Shown piece after piece: positions 52,013 through 64,000 of a stretch of 64,000 nucleotides of DNA. The DNA comes from Mobula hypostoma (taxonomy: Eukaryota). How positions within the stretch are numbered: the first letter of the stretch is position 1; each line of letters begins with the position of its first letter. The translations under genes and the position numbers were made by a program. The stretch lies in the NCBI RefSeq assembly GCF_963921235.1, contig NC_086097.1, forward strand, positions 29,886,001 through 29,950,000, read 5' to 3'. The notes beneath the pieces were generated by a model. It was not told the origin of the DNA. It worked only from the letters and a program-made list of their open reading frames with translations, and ran no database searches.

Positions 52013-52350
52013 ATATATCGACCCCCCCAGATATATCTTATCTAATCATCTTATCAGCTTTCCTATAACAGGGCGACCAGATTTATCACATGTACCACAT
52101 GGAAACATACAGAGAAATAACAACCAACACAACCTAACAATGTACGATGGGAAGCCCGCAGGTATCACCACACATTCTGGCATCAACCTAGCATGCTCGC
52201 AATGCTTGGCAGAATAACACAGAACACAACACACACCAAAACATCAACAGCAAAACAAGCCTTTTTCTCCCTCCTACCCACCCACAAACACAGACAGTCC
52301 TCCAGCCCCAGGACGTGTAATCAGGACTCCAGACTTTGACCTCCAGACTT

Positions 52351-52530
52351 ATGCAACACGCTGAAGGAACTCAGCAGGTCGGGCAGCATCAGTGGAAACG
52401 AACAGTCAATGTTTCGGGCCGAGACCCTTCATCCTGACGTTGACTGTTCATTTCCACGGATGCTGCCTGACCTGCTGAGTTCCTCCTGCATGTTGCTTTG
52501 ACCCCAGCATCTGCGGAGTATTTTGTGTTT
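52351..52530. mobile_element. Second Penelope-type foldback insertion, imperfect palindrome
   Basis: 12 bp TSD ACCTCCAGACTT at 52339-52350 and 52531-52542; arms gaactcagcaggtc / gacctgctgagttc; degenerate hammerhead core. Confidence 0.7.
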
Positions 52531-54549
52531 ACCTCCAGACTTCTGATTGACTTTCGGGCTTTGATATTGAGTATTGACCCCCGGACTGGCTGAGGACGGG
52601 ACCTCGAACTCCAGGCTAGAATTTCGGGCCCATCGACTGACCTGTTGTCATGCCTCCTGCTTACTCAGACATCCAATCCCGGAACCCTATGGACTGAGAC
52701 ATATCCAGCAATGACCTACATCACCTGTACACACCACTGGGTTTCAATCACAGAGTGGAAGCCTGGACTCTGAAAGTCCTTTATCCCATGTCCACATTGC
52801 TGGCCTTCAAGTGCATGTAAATTTGTTTATCTCGAAGAGTCATAACACAAGCAGACAACAATAATACAACGGATGTGTGCACTACAGTGTAACAAGATGA
52901 TGGGATCTGAAATCACATTAAGATTCTATTATTATTTGTCAATATTCCCACAAGGTGTGTGGTGCAATTGATAATTAACTTCTGCTGCCTCGGGATGGTT
53001 GCCATGATGGTTTATTTTCTTGCTTGCTGACGCTGATGTTAATCAATTTGGTAAAGTTGATCATGTTCCTAGCCCTGAGAGCACGCTGTAAGGGCAACCC
53101 TCAGACAACTTCTGGTGTCGAGGGCGGCCAGCATCATCTCGAGTGAGAAAGCAGAGCTATTAATGTTAGGCTTGTTGGAGATCGGTCCAGGTTGGGGTAG
53201 AAGGAGAGAGAACACGAAAAAAGAGAGGTCTGCAGTAAAGATTCGGTAGTGTTGACATTCAGAGAGCCCTGGATGTTCTTGTATGTACTGTAGGTCAACG
53301 CCAACAGATATATCTGATCAGGAGAGCAAAGTATATATTAGGCTTAATCATAGAATAATAAACAGGGAAACGGCGCCTTCGGCTTAATGTGTCCATATCG
53401 ACCATCTCCAGCTTCTGGTATCTTCTACCCCTTCCCCCTTCTCTCTTTTTCCATTCTCTGTTCTGGTTCCCCTCCCACCCCTCCTCTTTTTCTCACCTGC
53501 TCGTCACCTCCCTTTGTGGCCCTCCTCCTTCTCTTTCTCCCATGGTTGGCTTTCCTCACCTATCGGATTTCTTCTTCAGCCCTTTATCACCTCCTCCATC
53601 CCATCTTGTCTCAACTATCATCAGCCAGTTTGTACTACTTCCCCTCCACCCTCCGCCCTTCACCTTATTTCGGCCTCTTGCCCCCTTCCTTTCCAGGAAA
53701 AAAAAAGGTTTTGGTCTGAAACATCAACTGTTTATTTCTCTCTGTAGATGCTGCCTGACTTGTTGAGTTCCTCCAGCATTTTGAGTGTTGCTTCATCTGA
53801 ACTAGACCTATCTGCCTGTATTTGGTTCATAACCCTCTAAATCTTTCCTATGCATGTATCTGCCCAGGTATCTTTTAAATGTTGTTAATGTACTTACCTC
53901 AACCACTTCCTCCAGCAGCTTATTTCTCTGCATGAAGAAGTTGCCCCTCGAGTCCTTTTAGAAAGGCCTGGGTGGATGTGGAAATGATGTTTCCAATGGA
54001 GGGAAAATCAAGAATCAGCGGTTACAGTCTTAGAATAGAAGGATGTCCCTTTAAAACAGAGAGGAGGATAAATTTCTTAAGTGAGAGTGATGATTGTGTG
54101 GAATTCATTATTGCAAAGGTCACTGTGGGTGTCAAGTTATTAGGTATATTTACAGTGGAAGTGAGGATGATTAAATGGTGGAACAGACTTTTTGGGCCAA
54201 ATGGCTCAATTCTGCTCCTATGTCTTAAACATCCACTTACTGTTTCAGAAAGCAATCTCAATCACGTCCCTCCTTCACTGTATCGCTTAGCAATTCATTC
54301 TTCTGAAGTTTTCTTCTAATTCCATTTAGGAGGGTTCTGCTGGACTTCAAAGTAAATTTATTGTCAAAGTATACTTATGTTACCACATACAACCCTGAGA
54401 TTCATTTTCTTGCAGCCATACTCAGTAAATCCAGGAAACCCAATGGAATCAATGAAAGGGCAGACAAACAGCTGATGTGCAAAAGACAACAAGCTACAAA
54501 TACAAAAGAAAAAAAATATTATAAATAAATAAGCAATAAGTATCCTAGA

Positions 54550-55858
54550 TGTACGGGGTTTCTTTGTATGTTCAATTTAAAATGGCTTCTACATTATGTT
54601 AAATGCTGAGAAAGTCTCTAGCTAGACATTTGCTTGGGTTAATACAGACAGCAGGGTGCTATTAGCCAATGGGTGTTCATGTATCGTTTTGTTTTCGGAT
54701 GATAATGCTGTCTCATATGACTGGGGACGGGGTTTTTGGGGGGAGTCGGAGGAGAGACGGGGAGGACGGTGGACGGGGTTTTTTGGGGGGAGTTGGAGGA
54801 GAGACGGGGAGAACGGTGGACGGGGTTTTTGGGGGGAGTCGGAGGAGAGACGGGGAGAACGGTGGACGGGGTTTTTGGCGAGGAGTTGGAGGAGAGACGG
54901 GGAGGACGGTGAACGGGGTTTTTGGGGGGAGTCGGAGGAGGGACGGGGAGGACGGTGGACGGGGTTTTTGGCGAGGAGTCGGAGCAGAGACGGGGAGGAC
55001 GGCGGAAGGGGTTTTTGGCGGGGAGTCGGAGGAGAGATGGGGAGGACGGTGGACGGGGTTTTTGGGGGGAGTCAGAGGAGGGACGGGGAGGATGGTGGAC
55101 AGGGTTTTTGGCGGGGAGTCGGAGGAGAGACGGGGAGGACGGTGAATGGGGTTTTTGGTGGGGAGTCAGAGGAGAGACTGGGAGGACGGTGGAGAGACGG
55201 GGAGTCGGAGGAGAGACGGGGAGGACGGTGGACGGGGTTTTTGGGGGGGAGTCAGAGGAGAGATGGGGAGGACGGTGGACGGGGTTTTTGACGGGAAGTC
55301 GGAGGAGAGACGGGGAGGACGGTGGACGGGGTTTTTGGGGGGGAGTCGGAGGAGAGACGGGGAGGACGGTGGACGGGGTTTTTGGGGGGGAGGACGGAGG
55401 AGAGATGGGGAGGATGGTGGAGAGACAGGGAGGACAGTGGACGGGTTTTTGGGGGGAGTCGGTGGAGAGACGGGGAGTTGGAGGAGAGACGGGGAGGACG
55501 GTGGACGTGCGAAAGGCTCTGGTCGATCACTCTGGGTGGTCCCAAGCCATGAGTTGACAGGATCCGGGTGGTCGTCAGGAATCGATTGAGCTCCAACGGT
55601 TGCGCACGAAGAACTTGGACTTTGATAAGTCTTGGCGCCTTTTTTTTCATGACTTCCTTTTCTGTATTTTATTTATATTAATGTCATAGACTTAGTAATA
55701 TCTGTAAAATGTACTGGGTAAAACGTACTGGGTGTGCTGGCTGATGATTGATGTTTGGGATTGATTCGGGCGGCAGCTGACTCAGTGGGAAGCGTTGAGG
55801 CAGGTGCTGGGCGGGATTTCCTCTAGACATATACGAGCCAATGTAGCAGAGCATTACA
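54550..55858. mobile_element. Solo LTR (1309 bp) with expanded internal minisatellite
   Basis: Ends TGTA...TACA; 4 bp TSD TAGA at 54546-54549 and 55859-55862; interrupts a LINE 3' UTR. Confidence 0.85.
54725..55507. repeat. G-rich 46-47 bp minisatellite, about 17 copies
   Basis: Unit ggggtttttggggggagtcggaggagagacggggaggacggtggac. Confidence 0.95.
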
Positions 55859-56266
55859 TAGACATAAGATGAAGAATCCTTGAAAGTGAGTCCACAGGTT
55901 GTGGGAACAGTTCAGTGGTGGGGCAAGTGGAGTTATCCCCTTTGGTTCAACAGCCTGATGGTTGAGGGGTAATAACCGTTCCTGAAACAAAACCTGGTGC
56001 TTTGGTTTCTGAGGCTCCTGTACCTTCTTCCTGGTGGCAGCAGCAAGAAGAGAGCATGGCCTGGATGGTCACGGGGACGGACACGGGCACACACACATCA
56101 ACTCACATGGGCACACACGGACACACGCATGTTTTAGTTTCATGCTTTAATAATTCCAGAGCTTTCACTCTACAGTAAGCACAGGTACTCCCCTCCGAGA
56201 CCACCACACTAGAGTGATGATAATGGCCTCTGGTGTGAGCACTGATCTCTTTGTTCTTTACCGCAG

Positions 56267-56342
56267 GCTTCGGGAACGAGAGTCCCTCCTTCTGCAGGAG
56301 AACAAGCGAGCCCTTCATTCAGCTGACATACTGAAACAGCTG
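56267..56342 (+). CDS. Internal coding exon I, coiled coil (KLRERESLLLQENKRALHSADILKQL)
   Basis: Acceptor ctctttgttctttaccgcag, donor CTG|gttagt; 76 nt, phase 2 to 0; continues the helical pattern of exon H. Confidence 0.75.
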
Positions 56343-56544
56343 GTTAGTTGTCATTCCAAGCAGATGAGCACCACATGCCACTGTACTCCTCGTTTCGGTA
56401 TCATTAATAGCTTATCGCTCGAACAACATTACTGGAACAGTAATGGTTGTGCAGGGTTGCAGTAGGTTCATAGACTCGTCCCACTGAGTCCGTGCCATCC
56501 AACAACCACCGTTTATGCTAGGACGTTGCCAGGACTGTGGAAAT

Positions 56545-57228
56545 GATAACGAAGATTGGTGGAGGGGCAGGTAGTGTTGAGGTAACAGAAAGGCGGCAGA
56601 AGGACTTGGACATATTAGGAAAATGAGCAAGAAAGTGGCAAATGAAATACAATGTTGGAAAATGCATGGTCATGCACTTTGGTAGTAGAAATAAATGTGC
56701 AAACTATTTTCTAATCGGGAGAAAATGCACACCTGAGCTGCAAAGGGACTTGGGAGTCCTTGTGCAGAACACCCTAAAGGTTAACTTGCAGGTAGGGTCG
56801 GTGGTGAGGAAGGCAAATGCAGTGTTGGCATTCATTTCAAGAGGTCCAGAATACAAACGCAGGGATGTGATGCTGAGGCTTTCTAAGACACTGGTGAGGC
56901 CTCACCTCGAGTATTGTGAACAGTTTTGGGCTCCTCATCTAAGAAAAGATGTGCTGGCATTGGAGAAGGTTCAGAGGAGGTTCATAAGGATTATTCTAGG
57001 AATGAAAGGGTTATCATATGAGGAATTTTTGATGGCTCTGGGCCTGTACTCTCAGGAATTTTAAAGGATGAGGGAGGATCTCTTTGAAGCCTTCTGAATG
57101 TTGAAAGACCTAGACAGAGTAGATGCCTCAGGATAGAGGAGCGTCCATTTAAAACAGAGATGTGGAGAAATTTCTTTAGCCAGAGGGTGGGGAGTTTGTG
57201 GCCTAATTCTGCTCCTATGTCTTATGGA
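56545..57228 (+). mobile_element. CR1 LINE 3' fragment with internal deletions
   Basis: [28 protein letters not shown], tail gctcctatgtcttatgg. Confidence 0.9.
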
Positions 57229-57619
57229 GACCTTGAGCAATAAGAAAAGATTCTGGAGAGGGAATTATCTAGAACAAAAGCAATTGAAGTGTGACCTGAA
57301 AGAAGTTTATTAAGTCATAAACACAAGAGATTCTGCAGGTGCTAGAAAATGCAGAGCAACAGCAGAGGCAGGTGATGGGCTGCTGAGGAGAAGAGAAAGG
57401 GCTAAGAGGAGAGCCAGAACAAGGAATAGAAAAAGAGAGAAGGGGGAGGGGGGAGAAATTACCAGAAGATGGAGAAATTAATGTTCATGCTATCTGGTTG
57501 GAGTCCTCCTAAAATCATGAGGGTTATAGATGGGCAAGAATATCACAGTATTTTCCTCCAAGTAGTGGAGCCTAAAACTAGAGGACAAAGGTTTAAGGTG
57601 AGAGTTCAACATATATTTA

Positions 57620-60600
57620 TCTTAAGACCATGAGATATAGGAGCAACATTAAGCCATTTGGTCCACTGAGTTTGCTCTGCCATTTCATCATGGCTGATCC
57701 ATTTTTCCTCTCAGCCCCAATCTCCTGCCTTCTCCTGATATAGTTTTATGCCCTGACCAATCAAGACTCTTATCAACCTCTGCCTTAAATATGCATAAAG
57801 ACTTGGCCTCCACAGCTGGCTGTGGCAACAAATTCCACAGACTCACCACTCTCTGGCTAAAGAGATTCATCCTCATCTCCATTCTAAAAGGACACCCATC
57901 TATTCTGAGTCTGTGTCCTCTAGTGTTACACTCTCCCACTATAGGAAACAGCCTCTCCACCTCCACTCCATCAAGGCCTTTTGCCATTCAATAAATTTCA
58001 ATTAAGTTACGCCTCATTGTTCTGAATTTTAGTGAATACAGGTCCAGAGCCATCAAACACTCTTCACATGACAAGCTGCTTAATCCTTAAAGCATTTTTG
58101 TGAACCTCCTTTGAACTCCCTTCAGTTTCAGCATTTTCTTTCTAAGATAAGGGGCCCAAAACTGCTCACAATATTCCAAGTGAGGCCTCACCAGTGCTTT
58201 ATAAAGTTCAAAATTCCATCCTTGCTTTTATATTCTAGTCCTCTTGAAATTTGCCTTCCTTACCACAAGCTCAACCTGCAAATTAACCTTTAGGGAATCC
58301 TGCACAAGAACTCCCAAGTCCTTTGCACCTCCATTTTTTTTGTATTTTTTTCTCCGTTTAGAAAATAATCACCTTTTCATTTCTTCTACCCCCATGCATG
58401 AACATACGCTCCCTGACATTTGTTTCTTCGTCCATTCTCCTGATCTAAGTCCCTCTGTAGCCTCTTTACAACCTCAAAACTACCTGCCCTTCCATCTATC
58501 TTTATAATGTCTGCAAAATTTGCAACGAAGCGTCTAAATCATTGACATATAGCACAAAAAGGATCAGACCCAACACAGATCCCTGTGGAACACCACTAGT
58601 CACCGGCAGCCAGTCAGAAAAGGCCCCCTTTATTCCCACACTTTGCCTCCTGCCTATCAGCTACAGATTTATCCATGCTAGAATATTACCTGTAATACCA
58701 CGGGCTTGTAGCTTGTTAAGCAGCCTCATGTGTGGCATCTTGTCAAAAGCCTGCTGGAAATCCAAATACACAACATCAACCGATTCTCCTTTGTCTAACC
58801 TACTTGCTAGTTCTTCAAAGATTTCCAACAGATCTGTCAGACTAGATTTTCCTTTGAGGAAACCATGCTGACTATAGCCTATTTTATTATGTGCCTCCAA
58901 GTACCTCAAAACCATATCCTTAACAATCAACTCCAACATTTTTCCAACGACTGAGGTCAGACTAACTGGCCTATAACTTCCTTTCTTCTGCCTCTCTCCC
59001 TTCTGGATGAATGGAATGACATTTACAATTTTCCAATCTTCCAGAACCATTCCAGAATCCAGTGATTCTTGAAAGATCATTTCTACTACCTCCACAATCT
59101 CTTCAGCCACCTCTTTCAAAATCCTGGGGTGTACACCATCTGGTCCAGATGACTTATATACCTCCTGACCTTTCAGTTTCCAAAGAACCTTCCCCCAGTA
59201 CTAGTAACTTCACACACTTCATGACCCCTGACACCTGGGACTTCCACCACACTGCTAATGTCTTCCACAGTGAAGACTGATGCTAAATACTTATGAGGTC
59301 ATCTGTCATTTCCTTGTCTCCCATTACTACCACTCCACCATCATTTTCCAGCGGTCCACTATCCACTCTTGTCTGTCTTTTACAATTCATGTATCTGAAG
59401 AAAAATTTGGTAATCTCTTTAATAGTATTGGCTAGCTTACTTTTGTTTCCATCTTTACCACCTTCTGTGTTGGTGCATGGCCAGTGTTGGCATGTGGCCA
59501 AGTGGTTAAGGTGTCGGTCTAGTGATCTGCAGGTCACTAGTTCGAGCCTCAGCTGACCCAGCGTGTTGTGTCCTTGAGCAAGGCACTTAACCACACATTA
59601 CTCTGCGACAACACTGGTGCCAAGCTGTATCGGTCCGAGTGCCCTTCCCTTGGACATCGGTGGCATGGAGAGGGGAGACTTGCAGCATGGGCAACTGCCA
59701 GTCTTCCATACAACCTTGCCCTGGAAACCTTCCAAGGCGCAAATCCATGGTCTCACGAGACTAACGGATGCCTATACCTTTTTTTGTAATTTATTTTTCT
59801 TGAATTTCATCATCAAACAAACACTTCCATAAGATGCATTTCGGGTACTGTACATATATATCATATAATCATACCTTAATGACTTTTTTAGTTGCCTTCT
59901 GTTGGTTTTAAAAGTTTCATAATCCTCTAATTTCCCACTAATTTTTGCTCGATTTATGCCCTCTCTCTGGATTTTATATTGGCTTTGACTTCTCTTGTTA
60001 GCCACGGTTATGTCATTTTTCCTTTAGAATATTTCTTCCTCTTTCAGATAAAAACATCCTATGCCTTCTGAACTGCTTTGAGAAACTCCAGCCATTGCTG
60101 CTCTGCCATCACCCCTGAGAGTGTTCTTTTCCAATTAATTCTGGTCAACTCCTTTCTCATACTTCTGTAATTCCCTTTACTCCACTGTAATACTGATACA
60201 TCTAACCTTAGCTTCTACTTCTCAAATTTCAGGGTGAATTTGATCATATTATGATCACTTTCCCCTTAGGATTATTTTACCTTAAGCTCTCTAATCAATT
60301 CCGGTTCATTGCAAAACACTCAATCCAGAATAACTGATCCCCTAGCGGGATCAACCATGTGCTGCTATAAAAAACCATCTTATAGGCGCTCTTGAAATTC
60401 CCCCTCTTGGAATCCATTACCAGCCTGATTTTCCCAATCTACCTGCTTATTGAAATCTCCTATGACTATTGTAATATTGCCCTTTTGACATGCATTTTCT
60501 ATCTCTCGTAATTTGTAGACTACGTCCTTACTACACTTTGGAAGTCTGTAAATAACTCTCATCAGGGACTTTTTACACTTGCAGTCCTTTAACTCTATCC

Positions 60601-61245
60601 ACAATGATTCAACACCTTCTGACCCTATGTCACTTCTTTCTAATGATTTGATTTCATTTTTTGCCAACTCAGCAATGCCACCCTCTCTGCCTTCCTGCCT
60701 GACCTTTCAATGCAATGTGTATCCTTGGACATTAAGCTCCCAGCTATAATCTTTCAGCCATGATTCAGTGATGCCAACAACATCATACATGCCAATCTGT
60801 AACGGTGCTGCAAGTTCATCTACCTTATTCCGTATACGGCATGTATTCAAATAGAACACCTTCAATACTGTATACGCCCTTTCCGATCTTGATTGTCTTT
60901 TTCGTTGCAACTCATCCTGTTGGCTGCAATTTTGCCCTGTCACTAGCCTCTCCCTGCTAGCAGTTTCACCACAAATTGCCTTTGTTGCTAAACCAACTGC
61001 CTCATCTTTAGCACTATCGCTTCGGCTCCCATCCCCCTGCCAAATTAGTTTAAGCTCACATGAACAATCCTAGCCAACCTACCTGCAAGAATACTGGACT
61101 CGCTCGGATTCAGATGTAACCCATCCCTTTTGTACAGGTCATACCTTCCCAGACGAGATCCCAATGATCCAGAAATCTGAACTCCTGCCCCCTGCACCAG
61201 TTCCTCAGCCACGCATTCACCTGTTAAATCATCCAATTCTTATCC
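57620..61245 (-). mobile_element. Long decayed CR1 LINE spanning the ORF1 C-terminus (esterase-like), APE endonuclease and RT; interrupted by a SINE at ~59.5-59.8 kb
   Basis: DLYKRDGLHLN; YLN..RIRNKVDEL, VGITESWL, VIGDFN; YRPVSLTSVVGK, QHGF, DFQQAFD; 3' tail at ~57622-57645. Confidence 0.85.
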
Positions 61246-63304
61246 TCACTGTAAAGTATGTACACAATATACAATCTTGAGATTCGTCTTCTTGCGAGTA
61301 TCCACAAAACAAAGAAATACAATAGAAAAGTTCCATGCAACAAGTCCATCAAACATCCAGTGATGAAAAAAGAACAGATTGTGCAAACAATAGAGAGTAA
61401 ACAAAAATATTAACCCCAGATTCCCAGAAGGTGAGTCGGCAGCCATGGAGCCACTGAGGTGAATGAAGTTGATCCAGAAGCCCGATAACTGCAGGCCACA
61501 GCCACAGAGTCAGTTCAGTGCTGAAGCACCTTGATCAAATTGCACAAATAGGAACAAAACAAGTGGTTAACAAAAACACAAAGAACAGGAACTGCAGAGT
61601 CTCCGAGAGTGCTGGGAAGTGCATTCAGTGCTGAGGCAAGTGAAACCTGTCCAGATGCTCCTCCTGAACCCAGCAATGTGGGACCCGAGAGTTCTGCACT
61701 TTCCACCCACTGGTAGCAGTGGGAAGAGACTGGGCAAGTGCAGGCAGATGGTGCTGAACCGCTGCTTATTTTCTACTCTCATCCTCAACAATCTTAATCT
61801 TGCTCGATGCTTTAATCAGTGCAGAGTAAAGGAGCCAGCCGTGGGTTCATGCTCCACCACGAGGAATCGACACAGCGATGGCCGTAGCTGCACTCTCCAC
61901 TCTCATCCGCGTCAAATCCCCCAGGAGATCGAGGAAGCGCCAGATCGTTTAGTCGGCTCAAAAATACATCCTTAAAAGGGAAACCACAGGCTGCAGTTAA
62001 TCGCAGTTCAGAAGAAGAACTACAGTTAAAAGAAGAATAGTATCTTGTGAGCTGTCTGCAAGATGTTGCCTTTGGGCGCTGGCACCATCTTGCCAGGAGA
62101 GAGGAAAGATTTAAGGGAGCTCTGAAGGGTGCAGGTTTTCACACATAGGGTCAAAGTCAAGTTTATTAACATCTGCACAAGTACAGTGTGTGTAAGCACG
62201 GATGTACTGAAAAACACACTTACAGCAGCATCACAGGTACATAGCTTCATAAAAGCAGCATTTGCAAGAGAAATATTAAAATCATGCACAATTTTTACAG
62301 GAAAGAACACAACTTGAAGAAAAAATTTACTTAGTAAAGGTAGTAATTAGTGTTGTGCTGGCTGGTTCAGGACCAAGTGGTTGGAGGGAAGGAGATGTTC
62401 CTGAGCTTGGTGGTGTGGGACTTCAGGGGTCTGTACCTCTTTCTCTAGTCCTGCTGAAGGGTCTTGGCCCAAAACATCAACTCTACTCTTTTCCATGGAG
62501 CAGCCTGGCCCTGCTGAGTTCCTCCAACATTTTGTATGTGTTGCTTGGATTTCCAGCATCTGCAGATTTTCTCTTGTTTCTGTACCTCCTGTCTATTCCT
62601 ACTATTGTTTATTTTATTCATCACATGTTCTCATCAACTTCCCCAATCTCCTGCCACCTAATTGTCCCACTTACCCACACACTAGGGGTAATATACAGCA
62701 GACACTTAACTTACAAATTCATTTGTCTTTGGGGGTGCGTAGGACCTTCAGCAACCAGGACATGACAGCTGCTTGTTATATCATCAGGAAGGAGATACAG
62801 GAATCTGAGGACATACACTGAATGATTCAGAAACAATTTCTTTCCCTCTGCCATCATATTTCTGAACGATCCATGAACCTATGAATACTACCTCATTATT
62901 TTTGCAATATTTATTTTGTAATTTATAGTAAGTGTACATATTGCACTGTATTGCTGCTGCAAAACACCAAATTTCTCAACCAATGTACAGTAAGTAATGG
63001 CAAACCTGATTCTGTTTCTGATATGTAATATGATATAATCATCATCCACAACAATCTAAAATATATTTTAAAAATTTATATATACATATATCTTTTACAA
63101 GAAAGAACACAATTAAAATAAAAAGACAATGTCTATTTTAGTGCAAATTTCTGAAAATGGTTACAGTTTCAAATATTGCAGTATTGTAGCTCGGGTTGGC
63201 TATTTGGAAATTTGGTTGATCGCCAGGCTTGGCAAAATGTTTCCAGACATTTCGTCTGTAATTGAGAAGCCATCATCTGTGCACAGTTGAGGGTGTTGTT
63301 GTTG

Positions 63305-64000
63305 TTGTTCTTCTTCTTCTTCTATTTCCGGCTGTTTAGACGCATCTCGGCGTATTACAGCCCTCCGCAGGATGTATAATTAATTATAGAACTTCAAGGA
63401 ACTCCAAATTTTCGAATACAACCTAGTCTCATGTATAAACTGAATAATAGATTTTTCAATCAGATGTTGACTCTCTTGATGGCCAAACAAAGATTTAATA
63501 GAAAACCAAAATAAATTTAAGCCAGATAGCCTCCTGAACAACATGCTTCTTTCAATTTTGTATCGATTACAGCTCAGCAAAACATGCTGGACTGTCTCTG
63601 GACTACCACAGTCACATAATCCAGTAGGATGTTTTCCTAGTATCTTTAAGTAATAATTTAGCCCACAATGCCCCAACCTAAGTCTTGTAAATTTCATCAT
63701 ATCTCTACGACTTAAAAGGTAACAGTCTGTGACCTTTTTAACTAGTGCGTGACTAGAAAAATAATGCCTGCCCCTTAATTTATTTTTCCAATCCTCCTGC
63801 CACTTCTTCTCTATACCTTTTTTAATCCTACTTTTCAATTCTGCTGTGCTTAGGGGAATTCTAATTTCTACTTGCTGCTCTGTAAGGAAGACTTTGCAAT
63901 GCCATCCACAATTTCATTTCCCTCCACCCCAGCATGCCCAGGTATCCATGAAAATCTAACTGCACAACCCATCTTCCCTACTCTAAACAACACTAAGAAA
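63305..64000 (-). mobile_element. 3' end of an RNase H-containing non-LTR retrotransposon (I/Nimb-like), continuing beyond the window
   Basis: FSWIPGHAGVEGNEIVD (RNase H), RLRLGH, CDCGSPETVQHVLLSC zinc knuckle, short 3' UTR and (GAA)n tail. Confidence 0.8.

Noticed and set aside
54725..55507. Regular repeat array as a possible CRISPR
   Set aside because: Head-to-tail units without unique spacers, eukaryotic context, no cas genes.
54656..55650. Several 130-211 aa Gly/Arg/Glu-rich ORFs
   Set aside because: They are translations of the G-rich minisatellite in multiple frames, with no independent coding evidence.
59480..59560. tRNA gene
   Set aside because: A and B boxes are present, but they run into a shared SINE body and tail also seen at 51.7-52.0 kb, so this is a SINE head.

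Overview
Eukaryotic, repeat-saturated vertebrate DNA. The mix of CR1 LINEs, V-type and Deu-type SINEs and Penelope-derived palindromes suggests a cartilaginous fish, probably a ray (inference). Most ORFs in the supplied track are transposon debris or noise. Nine internal + strand exons (8115-56342) have canonical AG/GT sites and splice in phase into an open ~422-codon frame: C-terminal part of a SAM-like domain, linker, helical/coiled-coil region, divergent PDZ-like domain, coiled coil. I cannot name the gene, and its start and end were not found in the window. The introns hold nested elements: CR1, Rex1/Babar, RTE, a 5'-inverted L1, an RNase H-bearing I/Nimb-like LINE, hAT, Tigger/pogo, Tc1, MITEs, two solo LTRs and a Gmr1-type Gypsy remnant. 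Two structures stand out. One is a CR1 insertion fused to an inverted 1.3 kb copy of nearby intron, giving a 4.5 kb inverted repeat whose arms show a divergence gradient. The other is a perfect 191 bp palindrome carrying minimal hammerhead-ribozyme motifs. All alignments were done by eye; no searches were run.
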